Shown: in pieces, positions 8,792 through 17,668 of the stretch
Layout: the number at the start of each line of letters is the position of its first letter
Numbering within the stretch: the first letter of the stretch is position 1
Source: Clostridia bacterium
GTDB taxonomy: Bacteria > Bacillota > Clostridia > Christensenellales > UBA3700
DNA: 64,000 nt
Direction of reading: 5' to 3'
Assembly: GCA_029068165.1 (NCBI GenBank)
Contig: JAIEDA010000018.1
Coordinates: 3,076 to 67,075, forward strand
The notes under the pieces: generated by a model
Database searches by the model: none
Seen by the model: only the letters and a program-made list of their open reading frames with translations
What the model was told of the DNA's origin: nothing
Translations under genes and position numbers: made by a program

Positions 8792-8840
8792 CGTAACGTT
8801 GAGCGAAGCGTAATGAAATGAAGCGAAGTCGGTATATCTA
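8792..8840 (+). repeat. copy of the dispersed intergenic repeat
   Basis: CGTAACGTTGAGCGAAGCGTAATGAAATGAAGCGAAGTCGGTATATCTA has the same TTGAGCGAAGC...AGCGAAGTCG..ATATCT architecture. Confidence 0.65.
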
Positions 8841-8883
8841 ATAAATATGGAATATAATATATAACGGCAAATCGGAGGCGGAT

Positions 8884-10002
8884 ATGTTGATCGACGAGAG
8901 AATAAAATTACTTGCAAAAAACCTTATAAATTTTTCTTGCGAACTCAAAAAAGGCGAGAATATACTTATTGAAGCGACGGGGACTGACTACCAACTCGTA
9001 AACGCTCTCGTTGAAGAAGCGCGAAAAGTCGGCGCGTACCCGTTTGTAGAGCTTTACGACAACCGCGTGCAAAGACAGCTTCTTATGGGTATGGACGGAG
9101 AGTTTGCCGACAGGATGCGCGATTTTGCTTGCTACCGTATGGATAAAATGCAAGCGTATATAGGAATAAGGGGCGGGGAAAACGCTTACGAGCTTTCGGA
9201 CGTACCCGAAGATAAGCGCAACGCGTACAATATAAGATACTCTCACCCCGTTCACCACGAAAGACGGGTAGCGCATACGAAATGGTGCGTTCTTAGATAC
9301 CCCACGCAAGGAATGAGCCAAATGTCGGCGATGAGTACCGAGGCTTTTGAAGACTTGTACTTCAACGTATGCAATTTGGATTATTCAAAGATGGAAAGGG
9401 CGATGACCCCGCTCGTTCAACTTATCAACAAGACCGATAAGGTCAGGATAGTTTCTCCCGATACCGAATTGAGCTTTTCTATCAAAGGCATAGGCGGCGT
9501 AAAGTGCGCGGGTAGAAGAAATATCCCCGACGGCGAAGTCTATACCGCGCCCGTCAAAGACAGCGTAAACGGCGTTATTACTTACAACACTCCGTCGGTG
9601 AGCAACGGAATTAAGTTTGACAATATACGCTTAGAGTTTAAGGACGGCAAAATAGTCAACGCTACTTCCAACAAGAGCGAGGCTATCAACAAGATTTTCG
9701 ATACCGACGAGGGCGCGAGATACGTCGGCGAGTTTGCGCTCGGCGTAAATCCTTATATCACTCAAGCTATGGGCGATATACTCTTTGACGAGAAGATAAG
9801 CGGTTCTATACATTTCACGCCCGGAGCGTGCTACGACGACGCCTACAACGGCAACAATTCGGCGATACACTGGGATTTAGTGCTCGTACAAACTAAAGAA
9901 ATGGGCGGCGGAGAGATATATTTCGACGACAAACTTATAAGAAAAGACGGCTTGTTCGTCCTGGACGAACTTAAATGTCTTAATCCCGAAAATCTAAAAT
10001 AG
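8884..10002 (+). CDS. M29-family aminopeptidase (AmpS/PepS-like)
   Basis: 372 aa. The N-terminus LAKNLINFSCELKKGENILIE and the C-terminal HFTPG...HWDLV are typical of thermophilic-metalloprotease M29 aminopeptidases. Confidence 0.8.
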   Translation: MLIDERIKLLAKNLINFSCELKKGENILIEATGTDYQLVNALVEEARKVGAYPFVELYDNRVQRQLLMGMDGEFADRMRDFACYRMDKMQAYIGIRGGENAYELSDVPEDKRNAYNIRYSHPVHHERRVAHTKWCVLRYPTQGMSQMSAMSTEAFEDLYFNVCNLDYSKMERAMTPLVQLINKTDKVRIVSPDTELSFSIKGIGGVKCAGRRNIPDGEVYTAPVKDSVNGVITYNTPSVSNGIKFDNIRLEFKDGKIVNATSNKSEAINKIFDTDEGARYVGEFALGVNPYITQAMGDILFDEKISGSIHFTPGACYDDAYNGNNSAIHWDLVLVQTKEMGGGEIYFDDKLIRKDGLFVLDELKCLNPENLK

Positions 10003-10115
10003 GAAAATGCAGGGATTTTTTGGCATTAATTTATTTATTGACTTTTGTGGAATCTTGTAGTAAGATGTAATAAAATATATTAAGATATATTTGTAAAGAT
10101 GGAGTTTTGAGAAAA

Positions 10116-10772
10116 ATGGCTACTAGAAAAGACGAAAGGCCCGCAGCAGGTCGCAAAGCGCCCGCTGCGAAAAACGCGACTTCGAGAAGCGCCGCTTCAA
10201 GCAAGTCGAAAACGACTACGGTACATTACAACAAAACCGAGGGAAAGAAAATGTCGCGAAAAGAAAAGAAGATTGAGAAAAAACTGGCTAAGTTCAACGA
10301 AAGAGATTTAAGAAGCTATCCTATGACCGTAGGAAAGTGGATAGGTACGTACATACTCTTGGCGATACCTCTTGTAAACGTTATTTGCTGTATTTGTTGG
10401 TTCTTCGGCGCAGGCAACAAGAGCAGGGCGGCGTGGATTCGTTCGCACGTCGTAAGATTTTTGATTATCATACTATTGATAGTCGCAATCATAGGCTCGG
10501 GTTGGTTGGTGCTCAAAAATCAAGCGAGCAAGAACGCCGGCGCGGAAACGCCTCAGGAAATTGCGTTCTACGGCGTTGAGCAAATTGCCGACCTAATCGG
10601 CGGTATTGCAGGCGAAGAAACGGCTGATATGATAAAAGCAATGTTTGCTGAGATGCTTGGTATTCCTTATGAAAGCGAAAACGGCGGAGAAAACGGCGGC
10701 GGTAATGGCGACGAAAACGTTTTTGAGGGCAATTTGGGCGACGAGGGCGACCAAGGCTACGAGTGGAACTAA
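10116..10772 (+). CDS. hypothetical membrane protein (basic N-terminus, 2 TM segments, acidic Gly/Asn/Glu tail)
   Basis: ATG 10116 with GGAG at 10101-10104 is preferred over TTG 10107. TM helices are WIGTYILLAIPLVNVICCICWFF and FLIIILLIVAIIGSGWLVL. A terminator follows. Confidence 0.65.
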   Translation: MATRKDERPAAGRKAPAAKNATSRSAASSKSKTTTVHYNKTEGKKMSRKEKKIEKKLAKFNERDLRSYPMTVGKWIGTYILLAIPLVNVICCICWFFGAGNKSRAAWIRSHVVRFLIIILLIVAIIGSGWLVLKNQASKNAGAETPQEIAFYGVEQIADLIGGIAGEETADMIKAMFAEMLGIPYESENGGENGGGNGDENVFEGNLGDEGDQGYEWN

Positions 10773-10812
10773 TTAAGGTTCGCGCTTGAGCGCTAATAAG
10801 TAATTGATAATT

Positions 10813-10848
10813 AAAACGACGGAAATATGATATTTTCCGTCGTTTTTA
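10813..10848 (+). terminator. intrinsic terminator
   Basis: ACGACGGAAA-tatgatat-TTTCCGTCGT followed by TTTTT. Confidence 0.8.
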
Positions 10849-10872
10849 TCGTTTGTCGGAGCAGTCCAAATC

Positions 10873-10904
10873 GGCATTTTGAGCGATAGCGAAGAATTTT
10901 ATCG
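10873..10904 (+). repeat. degenerate copy of the dispersed intergenic repeat
   Basis: GGCATTTTGAGCGATAGCGAAGAATTTTATCG. Confidence 0.45.
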
Positions 10905-11092
10905 TTTGTAAATGTTAATTAATATAACGTATCAATTATCTAGATTGTCAAATATTTATCAAAAAAGCTCTACGTAGAGAGGAAATTTATAAAAAGTACT
11001 TGCCAATTAATGGAAAAATTGTTAAAATACTAGTTGTATGAAATAATTTCGCATACGCAAATAGATATTTATTTTTGGAGGAACAATATATT

Positions 11093-12145
11093 ATGGCAAA
11101 CGTAAAAGTTGCAATCAACGGTTTCGGACGTATCGGACGTCTTGCATTTAGACAAATGTTCGGCGCAAAGGGATACGACGTAGTAGCAATCAACGATTTG
11201 ACAAGCCCTAAAATGCTTGCTCATCTTTTGAAGTACGATTCTACGCAAGGCAACTACGCTAACACTCACACTGTAGAAAGCTGCGAGGCTGTTCTCAACG
11301 AGGACGGAAGCGTAAAAGAGGACGGCTACATTGTTGTAGACGGCAAGAAAATCACTATCTACGCTAAGGCTAAGGCTGCTGAACTTCCTTGGGGAAAACT
11401 CGGCGTTGACGTAGTACTTGAATGTACAGGTTTCTATACTTCCAAGGCTAAAGCTCAAGCTCACATCGACGCGGGCGCTCGTAAGGTAGTTATTTCCGCT
11501 CCTGCAGGCAACGACCTTCCTACTATCGTTTACAACGTAAACCACAAGACCTTGAAACCGAGCGACAATATCATTTCCGCCGCTTCTTGTACGACCAACT
11601 GTCTTGCTCCTATGGCTAAGGCTCTCAACGAGTACAAACCTATTATGTCCGGTATTATGACCACCGTTCACGCTTACACGGGCGACCAAATGCCTCTTGA
11701 CGGACCGCAAAGAAAGGGCGATTTGAGAAGAAGCCGCGCTGCAGCTTGCAATATCGTTCCCAACAGCACCGGCGCTGCAAAGGCTATCGGTTTGGTTATA
11801 CCTGAACTCAACGGCAAACTTATCGGTTCCGCTCAAAGAGTTCCCACCCCGACCGGTTCTACCACGATTTTGGTAGCAGTCGTTAAGGGCGAAGCTACTA
11901 AAGACGGTATCAATGCCGCTATGAAGGCTGCCGCTACCGAGTCTTTCGCTTACAACACTGACGAAATCGTATCCAGCGACATTATCGGAAGCAGGTTCGG
12001 TTCTATCTTCGACGCAACTCAAACTATGGTTGCTCCGATGGAAGACGGCAATACCCAAGTTCAAGTAGTATCTTGGTACGACAACGAGAATTCTTACACC
12101 AGCCAAATGGTAAGAACTATCAAATACTTTGCTGAATTGAAGTAA
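11093..12145 (+). CDS. gap: type I glyceraldehyde-3-phosphate dehydrogenase
   Basis: INGFGRIGR and SCTTNCLAP (catalytic Cys). ATG 11093 with GGAGG at 11077-11081 is preferred over TTG 11075. Confidence 0.95.
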   Translation: MANVKVAINGFGRIGRLAFRQMFGAKGYDVVAINDLTSPKMLAHLLKYDSTQGNYANTHTVESCEAVLNEDGSVKEDGYIVVDGKKITIYAKAKAAELPWGKLGVDVVLECTGFYTSKAKAQAHIDAGARKVVISAPAGNDLPTIVYNVNHKTLKPSDNIISAASCTTNCLAPMAKALNEYKPIMSGIMTTVHAYTGDQMPLDGPQRKGDLRRSRAAACNIVPNSTGAAKAIGLVIPELNGKLIGSAQRVPTPTGSTTILVAVVKGEATKDGINAAMKAAATESFAYNTDEIVSSDIIGSRFGSIFDATQTMVAPMEDGNTQVQVVSWYDNENSYTSQMVRTIKYFAELK

Positions 12146-12152
12146 AACTTTT

Positions 12153-12189
12153 GGCGGGAAGGATGGTATCAAAAACCATCTTTTCCGCC
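12153..12189 (+). terminator. hairpin downstream of gap (no clear U-tract)
   Basis: GGCGGGAAGGATGGT-atcaaaa-ACCATCTTTTCCGCC (G.U wobbles), beginning 8 nt after the stop. Confidence 0.5.
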
Positions 12190-12333
12190 GACTAACCGCT
12201 TTGGCTCGCGCTCATCGTACGGCAAGTGCGACTAGTTCGCCTATCGGTAATTTGACTATAATTTATCTTTTATTATTTGACTATCTTTCTTGCTTCTAAA
12301 AAGGTTTGAGATAGGATAGTTGCTTTGCTGAAA

Positions 12334-12356
12334 CCGCCGACAGGGCGGCTTTTTTA
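12334..12356 (+). terminator. orphan terminator-like hairpin plus T-tract
   Basis: CCGCC-gacag-GGCGG followed by CTTTTTT. There is no annotated gene between the gap hairpin and this element. Confidence 0.45.
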
Positions 12357-12373
12357 TATTGCTTGCTTTGGTG

Positions 12374-12402
12374 TTGCTTTTATTGTATCTATATGGTATA
12401 AT
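12374..12402 (+). promoter_or_regulatory. promoter of the MFS/GPH transporter gene
   Basis: TTGCTT (12374-12379), a 17-nt spacer ending in TGg, then TATAAT (12397-12402). Confidence 0.6.
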
Positions 12403-12445
12403 TAAAATGTTTTTAATAAAAGGATAAACTTCGAGAGGAGGGAAT

Positions 12446-14116
12446 ATGCGCAAAAGCAAGGAAAAGCGAATGACCGAAACGCCGACCGTGGACAGCATAG
12501 ACTCTAAGAAAAAACATATTTCGACTTACGAACTCGTATCGTACGTCATTGGAACGGGTTTTTACGGAATGTTCCTCGGTATGATAAATACTTATCGTAC
12601 CGACTATATAAACAACGTACTTTTTTTAAGTAGAACCAATCAAATCATTATGAACGTAAGCACGGCTATCGCCAGTTTTTTGATAGGCTTCATCATAATG
12701 CGTTTTATCGACAACTTCAACGGCAAACGGGGCAAATTTCGACCTATAGTGCTCGCCTCGGCAGTCCCTATGGCTATAATGGGCTTTTTGATGTTCTTCA
12801 CGCCGTTTTCCAACGCCAATTCTTGGCAAGCTATGATTTATATCGTAGCCGTTAGTATCGCGTACAACAGTATGCTTATGCTAGCCAACACCGCTACGAG
12901 CACGGCTATCGTTATGACGCCCAACGAGCAGGAGAGGAACACTTTGTTTTCAGTCAACGGTTTCGTAACCGCCGTTATGAGTTCCGCGCCTCTTTTGATT
13001 ATTTTGATACTCGGATTTTTCGTCTACCAAACGGACGAGGACGGCAACGTCGTAAGCGGTTATTTCTCTAAAAATACTATGTTTATCATAGCGATGGCTA
13101 TATGCGCAATCTGTTACGTAATAGCTATGGTCAACGCTATGCTCAAAGTCAACGAGCGCGTTACGTACGTGGACAAGAAAAAGTCTAAGGTCGACGGCAC
13201 GGCGGAAGTAATAAAGAACAAGAATTTTTGGTTCTTAACGCTCTCCAACGCAATCAGAGATATTCGTTTGATAGGCTCAGGTTTTGGAATATACGTAGCT
13301 GTTGCTCTTTTAGGAAGCACGTCTAAATTTATGTTGATAGGACTTCCTACCGCGCTAGGCACGCTTGCGGGTATGCTTATAGTGCAAAAGCTTATCAAAA
13401 AGATAGACGTAGTCAAAGTATATTTTATTTTCGGCGTGTATTCGCTGCTTGCAAATATACTTGCTTTCGGCTTGGCGCTCGCGTACTTCAAGTTTGGCGG
13501 AGTGGGACTGCAAATTGCGTTTATAGGCGCGCTTTTCCTTATAGGTTTTCAATTCGGTTCTACGAATATTATCCCCAACATTTTTCAAGCCGACGTACTC
13601 AACGACATCGAGCTTCAAACTGGCGGCAAGAGATTGGAACAAACTTTGAGTTTTTCCTCGTCTATCGTTACTACTATGCTCACGATTATATCGGGAATTG
13701 CCACACCTACGATATTGCTTGACGTATGCGGATACGTGCAGGGTAGCGACGTGCAGTCGGAATCGACGAAAATAAAGCTCGTATTTCTATACACGGTATT
13801 CGTCGGTATATTCTTTGCGCTGTCGCTGATACCTATGATAGGTTATAGGCTAAACAAGAAGAGGAGAGCGGAAATAACCTCCAAGCTTGACGAAATGAGA
13901 GCCGCGCGTATTTTAGCCGAAGGCGGTAGCGTTGACGGCGAAAGCGTACCCGACGGCTTAGAGGGCAATGCCGACGGTATAGTAGACGGAAGCGCTGACG
14001 AAGCGACTGACAACGTCGTTGATGACAGCGTCGCCAACAGTGTAGAAGCCCAAACTATAGATAATATAGAGGTCGGCGAGGATTTGTTGAGCGGAAAGCG
14101 GCCGAACGAAGAGTGA
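12446..14116 (+). CDS. MFS transporter, glycoside-pentoside-hexuronide (GPH) symporter-like
   Basis: 556 aa with about 12 hydrophobic segments and a GPH-like N-terminus (ISTYELVSYVIGTGFYGMF). It has a long acidic C-terminal tail. SD GAGGAGGG. Confidence 0.7.
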   Translation: MRKSKEKRMTETPTVDSIDSKKKHISTYELVSYVIGTGFYGMFLGMINTYRTDYINNVLFLSRTNQIIMNVSTAIASFLIGFIIMRFIDNFNGKRGKFRPIVLASAVPMAIMGFLMFFTPFSNANSWQAMIYIVAVSIAYNSMLMLANTATSTAIVMTPNEQERNTLFSVNGFVTAVMSSAPLLIILILGFFVYQTDEDGNVVSGYFSKNTMFIIAMAICAICYVIAMVNAMLKVNERVTYVDKKKSKVDGTAEVIKNKNFWFLTLSNAIRDIRLIGSGFGIYVAVALLGSTSKFMLIGLPTALGTLAGMLIVQKLIKKIDVVKVYFIFGVYSLLANILAFGLALAYFKFGGVGLQIAFIGALFLIGFQFGSTNIIPNIFQADVLNDIELQTGGKRLEQTLSFSSSIVTTMLTIISGIATPTILLDVCGYVQGSDVQSESTKIKLVFLYTVFVGIFFALSLIPMIGYRLNKKRRAEITSKLDEMRAARILAEGGSVDGESVPDGLEGNADGIVDGSADEATDNVVDDSVANSVEAQTIDNIEVGEDLLSGKRPNEE

Positions 14117-14246
14117 TCGCTATTCGTACGTCAAATTAAGCGTTACGAACGAGAGTGGATTTTGTTATAACCGTAATAGAATTGACGAAACTTACGTAAG
14201 GGATATAACGCAAAAGAACTAAGTATAAGTAAATATATGAATAAAT

Positions 14247-14284
14247 AAAAGTAGAGGGAAGCGATTGCTTCCCTCTACTTTTAT
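14247..14284. terminator. bidirectional intrinsic terminator
   Basis: AAAAGTAGAGGGAAGC-gatt-GCTTCCCTCTACTTTT between convergent genes. Confidence 0.85.
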
Positions 14285-14309
14285 TTATTACGATTTGATT
14301 TATATTAGA

Positions 14310-15593
14310 TTAATTATATTTTTTATCAAGGAGCGCAATTACTTCCTTAACGACTTCAAAGCTCTTTTCCAAAGTATCTATTCTAAGGTTATCCATTCCG
14401 TCTTTGGTGGTGTGGTAGTAGTCGGTGGGGCGAGGGTCTTGCGCGTTGAGCGTAACCGTCTTAAAGCCGAACTTTGCAAAAGCGGTGGAGTCGCTTCCTC
14501 CGACCGGATTTTCAATTAGGTGCGACTGTAGTCCGCAGTTGTCAATAGCTTGCTTGGAAATTTCGATAAGCTCTTTATCGAAAGGAACAAACTGAAGCGA
14601 GTCTTTGGTTACTACGTTGAAGTGATCCATATCTCTAAAGGAATCGAGGTTTATTGCGTAAGTGTTTTCGTTGAACAAGTTTTTATCGTCTTTGTGAGCT
14701 TTGACGAAAGCGAGCGCGCCTACTAGACCGCTTTCTTCCGCGCCCGTGCCGAGCACGATAAACTGCGCGTCTTTAGCGATTTCGCTTTCTTCCTCGGCGA
14801 AGTGCTTTGCCACTTCTATAGCCGTAGCTACGCCGCTTAAGTTGTCCATTGCGCCCGGAGCGGCTATTTTCTTATCATAGGACATATATCCCACTAGGAA
14901 CGAAAATCCGGGGAGACAAATCAGCGGCAAGCAGTAGAATACGAGTAACGCTACGTCAAGACCGCTCTTAGAGCTGCCCGTGATATTTGCGAAAATTCTT
15001 TGCAAAGCCATAAAGGAAATAGAATGTCCGGCTTTTGCTTCAAGAATGACGCTTACCAGCGAAACTACCAACAAAATTATTACGCTTACCACGCCGATAG
15101 CCGTTTTTATAATCATAGTGTTAGCGTTTTTGAGAGAATGCATCCAACACCAACTGCTATCCATATGCGCGCTGAGCATAACGTTATACTTAGCTTTTCC
15201 CGACTTGGGCGGTATCACCGCGTAAACGTTTTGCGATTCGTCTTTGGGGAAGAGAAAGTCTAGCATATGCGAGTAGTAGAAGATATGCGTAAGCGCAAAG
15301 AAGAGCAAAAGCGCCGTACCTATCAAAGATACGATAGGCGAGAGGTAGAACAAGACGAAGCAAGCGAAACTTGCCCAGCCAAGCCACGGAATAGCGCTGA
15401 TACAAGCATGCCTAGGCGTCTTGAATTTTTCAGTGACGGGAGTCGCGTTGAGTTCCCTCTTGATTTGGTCGGCTACTATCTTAGCGCCGAGTTTTTCTTC
15501 TTCGCTGCCGGGAAGTCGGGGACCCGTTACGTCGACGACTTCTTTGACAAGGTCGTAAATTTTTTGCCCTTTCGGGTACTGCGTGTTTTCCAT
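14310..15593 (-). CDS. M28-family metallopeptidase with internal transmembrane segments
   Basis: LSAHMDSSW and GTGAEESGLVGA (M28 metal-ligand motifs). Several hydrophobic helices lie between the two halves. Confidence 0.7.
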   Translation of the reverse strand: MENTQYPKGQKIYDLVKEVVDVTGPRLPGSEEEKLGAKIVADQIKRELNATPVTEKFKTPRHACISAIPWLGWASFACFVLFYLSPIVSLIGTALLLFFALTHIFYYSHMLDFLFPKDESQNVYAVIPPKSGKAKYNVMLSAHMDSSWCWMHSLKNANTMIIKTAIGVVSVIILLVVSLVSVILEAKAGHSISFMALQRIFANITGSSKSGLDVALLVFYCLPLICLPGFSFLVGYMSYDKKIAAPGAMDNLSGVATAIEVAKHFAEEESEIAKDAQFIVLGTGAEESGLVGALAFVKAHKDDKNLFNENTYAINLDSFRDMDHFNVVTKDSLQFVPFDKELIEISKQAIDNCGLQSHLIENPVGGSDSTAFAKFGFKTVTLNAQDPRPTDYYHTTKDGMDNLRIDTLEKSFEVVKEVIALLDKKYN

Positions 15594-15783
15594 ATTGACC
15601 TCTCAATTTTTAAGTAGTTTTATTATATCATATTTTATGCCCGATTTACAAACGAAAACCATTTAATTCACAAAATTTCTAAGTTCGTAAATTAATGTAT
15701 TTTTTCTTGACTTTTGTCAATTAAAAATTTTCAAAAATCGGTAAAATTTACTTAAAATATTACGGCGCATATAAAAAACGATA

Positions 15784-15813
15784 TTGACAACTATCTATTA
15801 AATGTGTTAAAAT
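15784..15813 (+). promoter_or_regulatory. promoter of the aminotransferase gene
   Basis: TTGACA (15784-15789), an 18-nt spacer with TGt, then TAAAAT (15808-15813). Confidence 0.55.
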
Positions 15814-15859
15814 TTAATCGTGAAACTTTAACGAAAAGTTTATAATCAAGGAGGCAATT

Positions 15860-17512
15860 ATGAAAGTAACGTATACCGAATTACCCGGTAAAGCAGAAGC
15901 AGGCTACGGCATCACCCGTTGGCCGAACGCGCAGGAGATAAACCAAAGTCTTAAGGAACTCACGGACAAGAATATCTATTCCGTACCTAGAGATACTTAC
16001 GCTGATATTTGCGCAACCTATTACGACGGAAAGTGCGCTAAGTCCAAGGAGATTACTACTGAAGCGAAGAAGTATATCCCCGGCGGCGTTCAACACAACT
16101 TGGCGTTCAACAAGCCGTTCCCTATGTGTATGGTCAAAGCCGACGGCGCTTATCTTACGGACCTTGACGGCAATCAATATATTGACTTTTTGCAGGCCGG
16201 CGGTCCGACTATCTTGGGCAGCAACTACAAGGGCGTTCAGGAAGAGGCTATTAAGCTAATCAAAGATTGCGGTCCTGTTACGGGTCTTTTCCACGAAGCC
16301 GAGCTTTTGATAGCTAAGGAAATCAACAAGCATATGCCGAGCGTAGAGATGTTTAGAATGTTGGGTTCGGGTACCGAATCGGTTATGGCGGCTCTCCGTA
16401 TCGCAAGATGTCAAACTAAGAATAAGAGAATCATCAAAATCGGCGGCGCATACCACGGTTGGTCGGATCAAATGGTATACGGACTTAAAGTTCCGGGCAC
16501 AAGACAGTATCTCGAATCTTTCGGTATTCCTAATACGATCTTCAGCGTAGTAGACGAAATAATGCCCAACAACCTCGATATGCTCGAAGATTATCTCAAG
16601 ACAAACAAGAGAAAGGGCGGCACGGCTGCCGTTATCGTAGAGCCGGTAGGACCTGAATCGGGTACTCGCCCAGTAGATATCGACTACAACGCAAAGGCTT
16701 TGGAGCTTGCTCACAAGTACGGCGCGCTCTTCATCTTCGACGAAGTAGTTACCGGCTTTAGAGTAGGCCTTGGCGGCGCTCAAGGCTTCTTCGGAGTTAA
16801 ACCCGACCTTACCATATTCGGTAAAATCGTTGCCGGCGGTTATCCTGCGGCAGGCGGCGTAGGCGGTAAGAGAGAATACGTATCCCTACTCGCGGCAGGC
16901 GTTGCGGGCGGAGCTAAGAAAGCGTACTGCGGCGGTACTTTGGCTGCAAATCCGCTCTCGGCTATGGCAGGTTACGTGGCTATCAAGAAGATAGAAGAAA
17001 CCAACGCTTGCGTGAAAGCAGGTTTGGCGGGCAATAGACTTACCGACGGTTTGGTATCTTTGATCGAACAATACAATTTGCCTTACGTTGCTTACAACCA
17101 AGGCTCTATCGTTCACCTAGAATGTACGGGCGCAATGAGCTACGACTTCTCGTCCAAACACTTGCTCAGCTCGCTTTTAAGAGTGCTCAAGAAAAAGGAT
17201 ATGATTATGGTAAGAAAAGAGGCTATGGAGCACATGGGCGCGGCTTATATGGCTAACGGTATCGTTACGCTTGCAGGTTCCCGTCTTTACACTTCTATGG
17301 CTGATACCGACGAGATCATCGACGAAGCTCTCAATAAGTTTGAGGACGTATTCAAGCTCGTTAAGGTAAGAGATAGGAGTATGGACGTACAAGTTGCCGA
17401 GTACAAGATAAACAAGGCAAAGTCCACCAACAATCAAAAGAAACTCGCTAAAGCGGAGAAGATGCTTGCAAAGGCTACTGCCGCTGAAGAAAAGAGCAAA
17501 CAACAAAAATAA
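15860..17512 (+). CDS. class-III PLP aminotransferase (glutamate-1-semialdehyde-aminomutase-like) with N- and C-terminal extensions
   Basis: YIPGGVQHN, GSGTES, FDEVVTGFR and IFGKIVAGGYP (putative PLP Lys). About 45-50 extra residues precede the IPGG motif. A 48-aa Lys/Ala/Glu-rich tail follows the domain. Confidence 0.8.
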   Translation: MKVTYTELPGKAEAGYGITRWPNAQEINQSLKELTDKNIYSVPRDTYADICATYYDGKCAKSKEITTEAKKYIPGGVQHNLAFNKPFPMCMVKADGAYLTDLDGNQYIDFLQAGGPTILGSNYKGVQEEAIKLIKDCGPVTGLFHEAELLIAKEINKHMPSVEMFRMLGSGTESVMAALRIARCQTKNKRIIKIGGAYHGWSDQMVYGLKVPGTRQYLESFGIPNTIFSVVDEIMPNNLDMLEDYLKTNKRKGGTAAVIVEPVGPESGTRPVDIDYNAKALELAHKYGALFIFDEVVTGFRVGLGGAQGFFGVKPDLTIFGKIVAGGYPAAGGVGGKREYVSLLAAGVAGGAKKAYCGGTLAANPLSAMAGYVAIKKIEETNACVKAGLAGNRLTDGLVSLIEQYNLPYVAYNQGSIVHLECTGAMSYDFSSKHLLSSLLRVLKKKDMIMVRKEAMEHMGAAYMANGIVTLAGSRLYTSMADTDEIIDEALNKFEDVFKLVKVRDRSMDVQVAEYKINKAKSTNNQKKLAKAEKMLAKATAAEEKSKQQK

Positions 17513-17543
17513 GTAAAATGAGTTTTCACTTGAAAAAACGCTA

Positions 17544-17569
17544 TCGGTTGCGACTTCGTTCGCAACCGA
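17544..17569 (+). terminator. strong hairpin after the aminotransferase gene (no adjacent U-tract)
   Basis: A perfect 10-bp stem, TCGGTTGCGA-cttcgt-TCGCAACCGA. The TTTTT run comes only 11 nt later. Confidence 0.4.
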
Positions 17570-17668
17570 GTTTGAGCGGTTTTTGAGGGTGGAAACCTTT
17601 TTGCGTTTATAAGAACGTAAATTTATCTTACGGTATAGCCTATATAATAGGCGAAGAATGAGGATTTT

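Noticed and set aside
10660-10772. Gly/Asn/Glu-rich tail (ENGGENGGGNGDEN...) as a possible tandem repeat
   Set aside because: It is a simple low-complexity acidic tail of a membrane protein. There is no regular nucleotide periodicity.
11069-12172. 367-aa ORF covering the whole gap gene on the opposite strand
   Set aside because: It is antisense to an unmistakable GAPDH gene, has no SD and gives a low-complexity Ser/Val/Arg-rich translation. The same phenomenon occurs opposite fba (7653-8534), pgk/tpiA (30991-31956), capD (39531-40169), sigH (21800-22459) and the aldolase (19808-20515). It is best explained by codon bias of highly expressed genes avoiding TTA, CTA and TCA, not by overlapping genes.
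12256-12498. 80-aa minus-strand ORF in the gap/MFS intergenic region
   Set aside because: It overlaps the MFS gene start, promoter and a terminator on the other strand. It has no SD and a composition typical of translated AT-rich spacer.
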